Shown one piece after another: positions 1-13,296 of a stretch of 64,000 nucleotides of DNA. A program made the translations under genes and the position numbers. The DNA comes from Octopus vulgaris (Eukaryota): the NCBI GenBank assembly GCA_951406725.2, contig OX597823.1, positions 39,060,001 through 39,124,000 of the forward strand, written 5' to 3'. The notes below the pieces were generated by a model. That model was not told where the DNA came from and did not search any database. It was given only the letters and a program-made list of their open reading frames with translations. How positions within the stretch are numbered: position 1 is the stretch's first letter; every line of letters begins with the position of its first letter.

Positions 1-1589
1 AATCTACCCCTTCCTGACATTCTTGTTTTTAATTTATCTTGTTCAAGAGAGGCAAACTGCAGTATGTTTCACTAAGGGAGTTACTTTTGTGATGTAGCTC
101 CCTTAACTAAAGGGAACATTTTTTTCCTCTTATCTAAAAGCCATTAAAAATTCTTGTCTGGAATTTTGGGTGGATTTGGAACAAAGATTCTTGAATGAGT
201 AGATTTCCTTTGATTCCCCAAATACCATTATAGCTTTATCAGTCTTTAACACCTGGACCAACTTCAAAATTCCTTATTTAAATTCATTGGCATTTTGCCA
301 AGTCATAACTTTTTATGAATTCTGTCAAAGGAATCTGGTAAGAAAATATGGTTTTCAAGGAGTGATAAGATTAGGGAAGTATTTATATTTTAAAGGTTTA
401 CTCAAACGTCTATGTAACAGCATACCTGCTGTTCCTATCTAATTATTCAAATTAACTAATGCTCTGCAATGTAAATATCTGATATATTATTGATAAAGAT
501 AAAAATATTTAAAGTCAACATGCACACAAATTTAACTTTTGATATTGTAGACCCTTTTAAATTTGCTTTGGTTATTTTATATTTTCAATTTCATCTCTTT
601 TTCAATAATATCGGTAATATTTTCTTTATAATTCCTCATGTAGTTGTAATTAAAATGTAATTTAAAGAAGAAAAATCATTGATTAGGAATGGAAAGTCGC
701 AACTGCAAAGATTACTTTCTGTAAATTTTTCTCTGAGTGCAACAAACATTTCATGTTCCCTCTCTGGTAGAGAGGAAGGGAATATACTACTTATATTATA
801 CTGTAAACCAGTCATGTGAATACTTGGGTTAAAATCTGTAGCTTTTCAAGTTTGCTCTTTGGCAAAATCTTTCCTGCAGCTCTCAAAACTATGTGCAAAG
901 GTCTTGGCATCAATTTCTTTTAGTCATACAGCTTTGTTTCTGTTTATTCCCAGAAGCAGATAACAAAAACACCCTCAGTTCATGAAAGCTTGTTTTGATA
1001 AATTCTTTGAAGCAGTTCCAGACACTGCTTTCATCTGGACATGTTTCCACAAGTACTCTCATACTTGAACTGGCAACTGTGATTTAAGAATACAAGGCTC
1101 TGCAATTACGTTTGGTGTAGCATGATCCTCCAATGATCAAATTTTGAGGGTTTTGTATGAAGTTTTCTAATAGCAGTCTCATTTGATTTTTGGTGTAAAC
1201 TGGCAGAAAATTACATTAAATCATGTTGGTTTCAAAGAATTTTTTTGCTGTTTGCATTTGTTCTACTTTATGCTTTAATCCCAATTTAATGTACAAAAGT
1301 AACACTTTAACTACTTAGGTACTATCATTGAAAAACCAAATTCATTTAGTTTAATGAGAATTGCGTTACTACCAAACAACTTTAAGTTCAGTGAAGGTCT
1401 CTTTTTTGATACTGACCTCTATGAAACCATCCTTGGTTCTACATAAATTTTGTTTAGTGTTCTAAATTAAAACCTTTCAACATTTCCTGTTAACTTCAAT
1501 TTCTTATTGAAACCTTAATACAAATTGTCATTCACTCAAGCAACTTCTCAGCACGTGAACAGTGTGTACAATAAGATTATTACTATTAT

Positions 1590-1990
1590 GGTAGCAAGCT
1601 AGTTGAATCATTACCACCTCAGACAAAATGCTTTGCAGTATTTCTTCCATTCTGAGTTCAAATGCTACTGAGGTCAACTTTACTTCTTTATCCTTTTGTG
1701 GTCAAAATACCAGTGGTGATACCACTGGTGTCAGTATAATCAGCTCCCTAAGTTTTCTGGCCTCAAGCAAGAACTTAGAACCATTATTAAGGGCAATGCA
1801 CTAACAAAATCATTAACACATTGAACGAAATTCTTAGTGGCATCTCTTTCAGCTCTTTTCTTCTGAGTTCAAATCCTAACAGTCACCGTTCATCCTTTCA
1901 TAGTCAAAGCATATTTAAGTACTGGGATTGTTGTAATCAACTAGTCTTCTCCAAAATTGCTGTCCTTATGCCAAAAATTTGAAGCCAATA
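1590..1990 (+). mobile_element. Two tandem degenerate copies of tRNA-derived SINE family B
   Basis: Each has the motifs aaaatgctt...ttctgagttcaaat...catccttt...ggcctt, shared with the copies at 56816-58275. Confidence 0.7.
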
Positions 1991-2251
1991 TTATTTTATG
2001 TGGTATTTCTTACTTTCTAACTGGTACAACTATAGCTGTAAATATCTTCCCAGATTTTGGGAGTGGTAATTGAATGAGTATAAAGGTGAATGTTTCACGA
2101 TTTTCCTGTCACACATATTTTCTGGTTTATGAGAAGTTGACTCATGGACAGAGGATTAAACACTTCCAGCCTTTTGTGTATGTCTTTATTTTTGTATTAT
2201 AATAATAATGAATCACAATGGCAATGTGAACAAGACTTTAGAGATGTATTG

Positions 2252-2640
2252 CACAGGCTCGGCTGTGTGCTTAAGAAACTCATTTTGCAATCGTGATTTT
2301 GGGTTCAGTTCTATTGCATGGCACCTTGGGCAAATTTCTATTATAGCCTTCAGATTGGAGTCTGGTTCACCAGACCTCAGTCAAATCGTCCAACCCATGC
2401 TAGCATGGAAAGCGGATGTTAAACGATGATAATGATAGCTAATGTTTTGTGAGTGAATTTGGTAGATGAAACCATAGAAGTGTGTGTTTCTCCCCCATCA
2501 CTGCTCAACAACTGATGTTTGTTTACATCCCCATAACTTAATGATTTGTCAGAAGAGACCACTAGAATAAGTACTGAAGTTTTGTTCCTTTAAACCCTTC
2601 CAGGTGGTACCCGAGCATGGCCAGTCATGATTGAAGATAC
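2252..2640 (+). mobile_element. Degenerate SINE family A interrupted by an RTE 3'-end fragment (about 2350-2435)
   Basis: SINE motifs ggctgtgtg...gggttcagt...ggcaccttgggcaa. The insert ends ccaacccatgctagcatggaaagcggatgttaaacgatgat, as in the RTE 3' ends. Confidence 0.7.
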
Positions 2641-3311
2641 ATGTACTAAAATCTAAATTTGTTTTTCTTTATTTTCATGTTTAAAGAATTTAAAATTAAA
2701 AAAGACGAACATTTTTTATGCTTTATGAAATAAGTTTTTCATGTGTGTTTAGATGTGAGAAGTCATATTGAACTTGTACCAACACTTCAGATTCTGCTGA
2801 GGTTACTTTTAGTGTGTGTAAATTATTTCTGGATTGTGGAAACTGTGTGGAAGCCTTTTGAATGTTGGGCTCTGTTGACCTAGTTTTAAAGATATCCTGA
2901 TGTGTTGCTTTCTACCATATCGAATTACCTTTCTGCCTCTACTGCCACTACTTTTCAAGACCCTGCAAAGAGATCTCAGGCATTACTCTTACCTCTAGTC
3001 ATAAAATATTGTACTCTAGTTTAGTTCTGTTTTGAGGGCTTTATTACATTTTTCTCATCAAAAGGAAAAACTGCAATATTTTTTGTATTTAGTACAATCT
3101 TTCATTAGAATTTGTTTATTCTAGCTCCTCTACTATACATTATTTTTCAATTATTCACAAATGATTAATCATAATACTGCCCAGTGAACTACTCTAGTTC
3201 TATATTATATTCTTTATTTTATGTCTGCCAATGTTATAGTTTGTATGATATGCCATATTTCTTCTGTGTTTTCATAGAAATACTAATTTTCATAACCTTT
3301 TCTGTTTCCAG

Positions 3312-3410
3312 GATTTCGCACTTGGGATGTGGAAGCCGCTGGAGTAGACATAAACGAGGAAGTCTCTCAGATTGCCAACAAAGGTGCTTTGGGTGAAGAA
3401 GGTCCTTATG
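3312..3410 (+). CDS. futsch: MAP1/futsch internal coding exon (99 bp, phase 1/1): (G)FRTWDVEAAGVDINEEVSQIANKGALGEEGPY(G)
   Basis: Acceptor tttccag at 3311 and donor gttagt at 3411. It splices in frame to the exon at 13297 (G|GT GAA AGA). The peptide resembles the MAP1/futsch N-terminal 'G..sWD....d..eE......GEE...GER...Y' segment. It is not shown in this frame in the ORF track. Confidence 0.88.
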
Positions 3411-4299
3411 GTTAGTATCAAGAATTTAATTCTTTGGCTTTATGAAGGATGAATTCTTTTTTTGTTGCTAGTTTTTGGTTTGTTTACAATAGAATTTAAT
3501 GGAAATCACAATTAACTGTTGTCAACTCATTTTGAGATATACTAACTTTTATATTACTAAAAGCAAGTTGGTCTTTCTCACTGCACTCTTGTTTTAATTC
3601 AATAGCATTTAAAAACTAGACATTTTAATATCAAAACTAATCAGTTTGATAGTTTTTCTCATTGGTTTTTCCTTTTTTTAATTTCTAATGAAAATTTCTT
3701 ATATTCAAAAGCATTCTGTTATACGCTTTTTATGTCTTTTTAGACTTGATTTAAACTTAGCTTGGTGCTAAAACTTTCCTTACCAAATTTCTAATGGAAT
3801 GCATTGGCTGTGTTCAATTAACTTTGGAAACAATCAAAATTTTATAAGAATTTAGTAAAATAGCTGTATTTAAGTCACTTGTCGAGTTATATTTCTAAAA
3901 CAATTTAAATTTAATAAAGCTATGACTGGAGATTTTCATTAAAATATCTTATAAAATTAGTTTTCTATGGTAGGACCAAAGGTGATCTCAGATTGGTTGG
4001 CATTGACACCACAATATTAAGTTTATAAAGGTGTGGTGTATATGTTTTACACAAGGATATACTGATATATAAAACTAGTTACCTCTCTTTAGAATTACTA
4101 GAATAACCAAGATAGCATTGGCTATAAATGTTTAGTCATCAGTACGTATTTAGTCTTGTTCCAAGCTCATGCACAATCAATATCTTACCATTGTTTAATT
4201 TTACAGCAAGACTAAATGCATACAAATATGATTCCAATCTTAGAACAAGCTTGTTCTATTTAAATTTGCTGAATCCTACAGCCTTTTCCAACTTTTGAA

Positions 4300-4335
<36 letters not shown>

Positions 4336-6429
4336 TTGAGGTATGATGGCTATGAGGTGAAGTTACTAGGTGATTGACCAAGTATAAATTTGAATCTTGG
4401 CTGTTATTTTGGACCATTTTGAGCAAGGTACCTAACTCTGTCTACTACAGATTCACTTGATTGAATGGTAGAACTTGCTCCATTTCTATTTCTGAATAAT
4501 TGTCAGTGGAATGAGCATCTTGCTGTAAAACATGAAGCAAAATGAATGTGATAAAATTCCCCCTTTTTTCTATTCTTCGTTTCTTTCTCTAAGACTATTT
4601 GTACAAATATCCAGATTTTCAAACTCTTTAACTCTGATACATTTAAAAAAAAAAAATACTTAAAATGTAAAAGAAATTACATAGCAGATAGTCAGAACCA
4701 TAACACACTAAGTAATTGAAATGTGTTGTTGGTGCCATTCTAATAGATTTACTAATAATTTATCCATCTTTTAGGCATAGAGATTCCAATGGAGACAATT
4801 TAGCTCAGAGGATTATCTTAATATAATGGAATCAATTTAAATTTTCCAGATTTTTGACTATCTTCATAAAACTACTCAGTTTAATGTTAAAATGCTTTGC
4901 AGAGAATTACCTAAATATAATGAAACTTACTTGGAGTTTAACAATTTTTGAGCATCTTTATAAACTACCCAGTTTAATACTAAAATGCTTATCTAAACCC
5001 TTATTGACATGTAAACTCTTGCTGACATGGTACCTTTCTCAAGATTGGTTGCTATTTTCAAAATGTAATCCAACTATGCTCTAAGAAAAACAAGTAGAAT
5101 ATTTTTTTTGTTTTCCTTCCTTAACAGTCAACTCTTTTGGACCCCCCAATGCAGGTAAGCTTAGTCAGATACTTACTGTATTTTGCATGCTGCCAGTAGG
5201 TCTTAATTCATCTTTTCACCCCTCTGTTAAATGTGTCACTTTTCTCTCCCATATTCCATAGTTGATTTAGATCTGTCTTTGACTCTTTCTCTTCCCACCA
5301 ATACCTGTCAGCATTGCAAGACATCAGAAACAAGCTGATACTTGCATACTGACATACAAACAAACACAAGGCTGTTGAAATTTACTTTTAATTTTGGTTC
5401 ATTCCTCCTTTGGATTTAAGACATAAAGTCTTAGACTTTATCATTGGTTACTTGAAATCATTGATACTTCTCAGTGACAGTGTCTTTTTATTCTGGCAGC
5501 AAAATAAAACTTCTCAATCTGCAAAACCTATTAGCTAAAGAAGCACTAAAGTGGATTAATATTATAACCAGACATGTGATTTAAGTGACTAGAAAGACCC
5601 AGTTTTTACTAATGATACATTGCTGCTAATAATAATTCTTTCTACTATAAGCACCAGAGCCTGAAAGGGGTGGGGAAGTCAATTACATCAACTTCAGTGC
5701 TCAACTGGTACTTATTTTATCAACTCCAAAAGAATGAACGGTAAAGTTGACATCAGCAGTATTTGAACTCAGTGTGTAAAGCCAAAAGAAATACTGCTAA
5801 GCATTTTGTCCAGTGTACTTACAATTCTGCCAGCTCACCACCCTAACAGGGATTAGAAATTTGAATTTCAAATTAAGGGATTATAAGAGAAAAGTTGCGT
5901 AGAATTCATTTTTTTTTTTAATTACAAAGTTCTTAAAATTTCTAGTAGGTGGTAATCATATGGCATTATTTCATTCTTTTTCAAAATTATCAGCATGACA
6001 TGACTTGTGGCTTATTATTCATTTAATGAAATGAGGCATTTCATTAAAGAGGGGAAATAATTACAATCTGGAGAAAATTCATCCAATGATCCTTCTTCAC
6101 CCCCATCTCCCTTCATAGTGTTAGTAGTTTAGGAATCTGGGGAAAATTTTCAGAAACATATTTAACATGCATAATCACATAGTAACTAAACACATGAAGT
6201 GATATGACTAATGACTGGATAGCTGAGGACTTGCTAGAATTTAGCTAAGTTCAGTTACCTCCAAGACATTAATACTAAAAGAGAAAGTGTGCTGCTGCTA
6301 TACAATCTAAGAACATTGATTCTGCTTCCAGCAAGGTGGAGTATTAAGCCACCATAATGTCTTGTTATATGACTAGAAAAACCAAAATATATCTTGGTGT
6401 ATTACTCATCCTCATTTCAAACCTTTCTC

Positions 6430-7600
6430 TCTCCCTCCCCAAACTACAGTTAGGCTTTCTTGTTTTCTACAGTCTTCACCTAATTCTGTTTACCATTTCT
6501 CAAACTCATAATTATATATGCTTCTGTCAATAATTCCATCACAGTTGCTGCCCGCTTTGCCTCCATTTTCACTTTGCGCGATAAACACCTGAAAATTCCT
6601 CCCATATTCACTTTTCTCAAGGCCCTACCTGCTGGGCTATCTTGCACACAGTTTCTGTGGTAACACCTCTAACCATGTGTCTAGTTGGGTAACCAATCTT
6701 ACTGCATTCTTTTCTTGGATAAACACTTCATTTATTATTTCTCTAGCTATATAACTCAAGATCTACTGCTATCACTGTTGTCCATCAACTGCCCACAAAT
6801 GCTGTATTTCAATGATATATGCTCATAAATGATACCTCCTTATTCTTGTTGAGCAAATGTATTGGGTATTTTTTATTTGCAATCACATTTGTGATTTCTC
6901 ATCATTAACTACTTCAGAAAAAAACTGTTGTGGTTTTTGTTTTATATCAACAAACCTATTTGCTGCATAGCACAAGAATCTACTAGAAAAGTAGCCTTTG
7001 GACTCCTCTCTCCTGCTTTCCTTTGTGGCAGTTTCCTCTTCATCCACATTCCATTAACTCTGATATTCCTCAATTCAGTCATGTCACTCACATTCTTCGT
7101 CTACTAAATACTAGTTATTAATTTCATTCTGGTAGAGGTATCCTTTGCTCCTTGGCCTTTCATATATAGGTTTCATCCATACACTTGCATTACTTTCACA
7201 AACAGCTTCAAAATGTGTGTGTACATACACACTTTAATGGCCACACATGTGCAATGTATGCATTTTGTTCGTTCACTGATTTACTGCAAGTCATACATAG
7301 ACAAATGCAACAACTTGTCTCCAATCCCATTCCAATGGGAATGGAATCTATGATATTGTGTATGTGGTCAGTAATGTTTACAACACAAGTGCTGCTAGTG
7401 TTGTAATATATTGATGTGTGTGTGTACACATGCTTGCTTTCAACAGTCATGATATACATCAAGTAAAACATCTCTAAAAAACAGCCTACCTTGAAGTTGC
7501 TACAAATGTATATCATTCACGTTGATCATATGTTTGATAACAATGCTATGATGGCTTCTGAAAGACTGTCTTTCTTTTTAAGCCCACAAATTCTGCTCAA
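6430..7600 (-). mobile_element. Very old LINE reverse-transcriptase remnant
   Basis: Broken minus-strand peptides such as NGIGDKLLHL.SMY resemble non-LTR RT segments. There are many stops and the boundaries are approximate. Confidence 0.35.
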
Positions 7601-7792
7601 AACATCTGCTGATCCTTTACAAAGCACAAATGTACCACATATTGGAGTAATGGTCTGAGTGAAGGTGAGAGGTAACATCTACTATACACAAAGCTTCTGG
7701 AAAGCGCTTAAAAGATGCTATTCCTTTGTACACTTCGTACAGTCCTCACACTCATTTCAGGAGTTTGCATACAACCATAGTGAAATTATTAA

Positions 7793-8000
7793 CCCTTTGT
7801 TATATTTCTGAAATACACTGCTGCCTTTGTTTTAATCAATTGAGAGTAATGAAGAATTTGGTTAAATAACATCATTATTGAACTGATGTTTGGAACAACT
7901 AATTAACATGAAATTGTAATGAAAGATTTTAATTTAAATCACTTTAAAACAGGAAGTTTGTATTATAGAATCTTGTGGTCTTAAGTTAGTATCAAAAGGG
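7793..8000. mobile_element. piggyBac-like MITE
   Basis: TTAA-CCCTTT...AAAGGG-TTAA termini. Related copies lie at about 3775-4010, 43620-44255 and 49670-49892. Confidence 0.7.
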
Positions 8001-11000
8001 TTAAATTATGAAGCAAAAGTACTTTAGTTTTAGCCACCTGCCATCTGAGTTCAAATACTGCTGAAGTCCTGTTTCCATTTCTCTTGGGTTGAAAAAAAAA
8101 TATAGTACAGGTAAAGTACTGGGGTAAGTTTATTATACCCACCCCAGTTTGGTGACCTTGTACCATTGTTGGAAATCAATTTGCCACTAATGATGCTGTA
8201 CCTCCAAACTAGCTAGCATCTTACAATCCCTTTTAGTTTTTATTGTCTCATTACCAAAATCTGGTACCCATTTCTTTATCAAATCTTCTCTCCTCAACAC
8301 TAGTTTCTTTTGATTCCATTAATCCTTACAGGCATCGACCTGCAGAAAATGGAGTTGAATATTGATTAGTAGATACTAAAATAAGATTAAATTGAAGAGT
8401 AATTTGAAAATTAATTCAGAGAACTGCTGCACTCTGTTTACAATAAATGGAGGAAGGAGCTTTTACTCCTCATCAGATACAAATATATTATAAGAACTAC
8501 CATAGTGTTACAGTAGAGGTTTGATCCATAGGAGAATCAGTAATGATATAAAAATTTTAATCTATATTGAAAGAAACCATTCTGGTTGACAAAAGTACTA
8601 AACATTCATCTGCATTTACAATTGCATTAGCCTGTTTGGTACTGAGATATCATCTTGGTCGCTTTATATTTAAACTCTTAGTTACTGGCAAAAATATATT
8701 GTGGCCAGGTAGCTCAACGTGTACATATTTTCAGTCATCTCAGTAACAGTGAATAGATGTGTTCTTGAAGAAAACTTTTCCAAAACATTGTGTGTGTGTG
8801 TGTATACACACACTATATTTACTTATGTATCAGTAAACCCCCAGGTTTTGCAGTTAAAAATCAAATATAAAATAGTGTGAATTTTATAACTTCCACTTTT
8901 CTTTGTATGGGTCAGATGGAGTTTGAGCTAGATTTTTTTATGGCCAGATACCCTTCCTGTCACCAGCCTTCGGATGCTTTCCATCACCAAACATGTTTTT
9001 GTGGAAATGAATGACAGTGACAAGTCTTTTTCAACCATTATATGATGTGAAGATAAGGAGACACAAGCCTCTTTCAGTTTTCGTCAACCAAATCCACTCT
9101 TGGCTTTGATTGGCCTTAGGGCTATTGTAGACACTTACCTAAGATCACATAGGGGGATTGAACCTGAAACTACATGGTTTGGAAGCAGCTATCTCAACCA
9201 AATAGCCATGTTTGCACCTATAACCATAGTGAGCTAATCTAAATCAGTATCAAAATGCATAAAATTCCTTGTTTGAATTGTATCAACATTTTTAAAGGTG
9301 CCATATTGTGTCAAAAATGAAATATTCATGTAATAATATATCCTGAAATTTAGTTTGTTGTATGTTGAAGACAATGGATAAAGTCTCATATTCTGGAACA
9401 TTCCCCTTTTCTTATCTCTTATTTGATTCTTATTCTATTTTAAAAGATAAATTCTTTTAAGTTTATTCCTCTGTTGTAAATCTGATCTTTTTGTAATTAA
9501 ATGAACTCAGTTTTTTCAGTTCCTCAAAAGTTCAATTACTGCTTTCAAATTTGGTTTTGCTTCCATTGTACCCTATTATTTGTCCTCTTTTAAAAACAAA
9601 AAAGCCACAAATTTCTACAGCCATGTATCTATTAGTCTGGTGCGTTTTGTGTATATGTTGTGCATCTTTCAAATGGTTGCTATAGAAATTCGCATCAGAT
9701 TTAGGAGAAAAAAACAAACAAAAAATGAAAGGTAATTATGTGAATAAATCTGATTTTTGTGGAAATCTGTTTAGATCCTAAACCTGGACTTTGACATGTG
9801 GGTTTTCAATTTTATTTTATTTATTTTTTTTATCAGCTACAGATTTCTTTAAACTGTGTCAGTGCATCAACAACTAGGGTTAGAAGGAAGAATCATGTTT
9901 GGTTGTTCATATTTTAAATTTTACATGCCTGTCACTGTTCTATTGTATTTTAACCTCTCATCCCCTAGCATAAAGCTACTTGCAAACTTACTTGGTGATC
10001 TCGCTAATGCCAGTGCCACATGAAAAGTAACTGGTATACTCTATGGTTAGCAAAGCAGACTTTGGAGTTTGCAGTTCTCTGGCTTGCAAGCTCCTATCAA
10101 ATTATCCAGCCCATTCCAGCATACAGACAATAAATGATCATGGTGATGGTTGGCATAGAGAAAGAACCTTGTTTATCTACAAAGTTAAATTCTAAGACAA
10201 AGTACCAGGGGAAATGTTCAAGCAGGCTCCATCTTGCATGATAAAACAAATGCCAACTTATTATTCAGACAACATCAAAAGTCAAAAAGAATTATACAGC
10301 AGGAAAAGGAGTCAGTTTTGATTCATTTTCAGCAAGTTGATGATTCTGATCATCCTCAATCATAGACTTCACCATATTCCCTGAAATACTGAAAAGGAAA
10401 TCAATTAAATTTGCAATAATATATATATACATGTCATCAAAGCAACATAGGAATGTTGAAAGAGCATATTTTTCTAATACTAAAATCTAACTGTACAAAG
10501 AGAGATGTAATGCAGAGTTGAACTGGGGAAATGGGAGATCCTGGCTGGTCATGATGAATGTAATTCAACTTCTGTACTTAACAACTTTGTCACCCAAGAA
10601 AGGTTCCTTATTCCCCCCCCCCCGCCCCTTCCATGTTATTTTTTACTAATGATAGGCTCTCACCTTCAGGAGTTTAGAACATTTGCATGCTATTGAACAA
10701 TTTATCAGTCATTCAGTTTTTACATCCCTATCATTGTCATCATTCAGTCTCATGGAATCTTACTGCTTGATTTTTTACTCTTCTACAATTATTGGTACCT
10801 TGTTCAACCTTTGTCATGCAGTTCTGAAAGTGAACATTAATTGTCTCATGATTGTAATATATGTGACTAGATTAGAAGAGTGCTAAAAGCCCTTAATTAG
10901 AGAACAATATAAAAGCTAGTTAGTGGCATCACAAATTTTGAGTTAACTAAATTATCAAGTAACATTGGTTGGCTCAGTTTGAGCTGACTTAACTCCTCTC

Positions 11001-12199
11001 ATTTTACATATAAACTATAATTCTAAGACGGTTTGACAGGAGCTTGTTGAGCCAGAGGATTGTGCCATGTTTCACTGACCCCCTTGACTGAAGATGAGAC
11101 TAATATTGAGTATATGTATTGAATAGAATTTCATTTTGATTATCATTCTGGGTGAGATTAAAGCAGTTTTTATCTTGGTGTGAGTTGAACTGTAAAAAAA
11201 AAAATATTTCTCTACGAAAATTATTGTATCAATTAGATTCAAAGAAAGGGCGTGTGGTCCTCATTTTAAGGACTTAAGTTTAATGAATTACCTAATAGTC
11301 TATAAAGTACCATAAAGGAGTTATTCTTGATAGTGTGAAGCACATTAGCTGAGAATTAGTCTTACAGTACTGCGTTTAGATTCCAAACCACATTCGTATT
11401 GACTTTATCTTTCGAGCTCTCTATGGGCATACATAACTGTGGAATTAAAAAAGTTATCCTTGAGGATAACTTCCTGCCACCAGTCTTGAAATCTTGGATA
11501 CTGTTATTCTTCTTGATGCCATTTAAAAAAAAAGTATCAACAAATCGCTATTGATTCAGAACAAATGACTTTAAACCTCATCAAGAAATCAACATTTAGG
11601 TATTCCTTGTTTCATTCTATTCGCTTGCTTTTCTCTCTCTTATTATCGGTGTCATTTTCATTGTTATTTATTGCCATCATACTCATTTCCAAGCTACCAA
11701 TATTACAAATTTTTATATTTTAAAATAATTGTCTCTCTCTATTAAACATTGTCACTGTTTTAAAATTGTTGTCATGATTATTCCAAGTGAGTTGTTTTGC
11801 TTATTTGGTGTCATTATTTTTCTGAAATGATTTTTTTCATATCAGCAATTACTTTTCATATAGGAGTTAAAATGTTTATAGTTGTGGTATAGCCCAGTTG
11901 AGCCCTGGTAGAAAGTAGAACTTATTAAGGCAGGTACATAGGTAGTCATTTAGACAACTAAGAGTGATCCTACTTTTCAAAATTAATCAGCTGCTTCATA
12001 ATGATTCAATAGGTTTTATAGTACTGTTCTTTGGAATATGAACATAATTTGTTGAAATTTTGCCTGTAATATAACCATATTCTGACAATGCACTTACAAA
12101 GATATGTTGATTAAATTTTCTATCGTCATCATCATTTGATGTCCGTTTTCCATGTTGGCATGGGTTGGACGGTTCAACATTGACTAAGAATTATTTTTT

Positions 12200-12920
12200 C
12201 TAAATTTAACCTAAGGTCAGCAATTTTGAGTGAGGGGTGTCAATTACATCAACCCTAGTACATTTACTTTATTTTATTTACCCTGAAAGTCCAGGTTGGC
12301 CTTGGCAGAATTCGATCTCAATGTAAAATCAGAAGAAACATCACTCCGGGTTCAGTCCTGCTGCATGGCACCTTGGGCAAGTGTCTTCTATTGTACCCCT
12401 CGGTCAACCAAAGCCTCGTGAGTGGATTTGGCTGACAGAAACTGAAAGAAGCCCATTACTTACGTATGTGTGATTGTACCCCCACCATTGCTTGACAACC
12501 AAAGTTGGTGTGTTTACGTCCTTGTAAATTAGCAGTTCAGCAAGAGACAAACAGAATAAGTACTAGGATTACAAAGAATAAGTCCTTGGGTTGAATTGTT
12601 CAACTAAAGGTGATGTGCCAGCATGGCCACAGTCAAATGACTGAAACAAGTAAAAGAATAAGAGCATTTTGTCCACCGTGCTTATGATTCTGCCAGCTCA
12701 ACATCTTAATGGTTTCAAATTTTGGCACAAAGGCCAGCAATGTTCTAGGAGCTGGTAAGTTGATTACATCAACCGCGGTGCTCAACTGGTACTTATTTGA
12801 TCAACCCTGAAAGGATGAAAGGCAACTTGACAGAATTTGAATTGTGATCATAAAGGCAGACAAAATGCCTCAAAGCATTATGCCCAGTTTACTAATAATT
12901 CTGCCTACTCAACATCTTGA
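12200..12920. mobile_element. Nested SINEs: family A (+, about 12343-12664) inside or next to family B copies (-)
   Basis: The family A body and taaaagaataagag tail interrupt a reverse family B copy. A second reverse B copy spans about 12710-12915. Confidence 0.7.
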
Positions 12921-13296
12921 TAAGTCATTTTCACAAATAGGTTATTGTCTCATTGTTGATGGTAACTTCAGTGCTAAGCATTTTAGTATTTGTGTGGAAG
13001 GGAGTAGCTTTTTGGTTTCCTGTTTGAAAGTGGGATTTTCTTGAAGAGGTTTTTACTTAGCTTCTGTTTTAATATTTGAATGAAAATGATGTCTCAACAT
13101 CTTATTTTGAAGCAGTAACTATTTTATTTGAACTAAACATTTCATTGAGAACAAACTGGGGTTGAGTGGAAGGTGTAAGTCATCTTTTGTATTTTGTCAA
13201 ATTTATGATCTTAATATATTGTTTTTAAGTTTTTGCTGATTTAATTTGTAAGTTGCTTTTGTTCTGTCTTACCTGTACTGCATTTGTTTTTTGCAG

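Noticed and set aside
13284-13296. ORF-track start of the 1641-aa protein
   Set aside because: It is a TTG inside the polypyrimidine tract. The real exon begins after AG at 13296.
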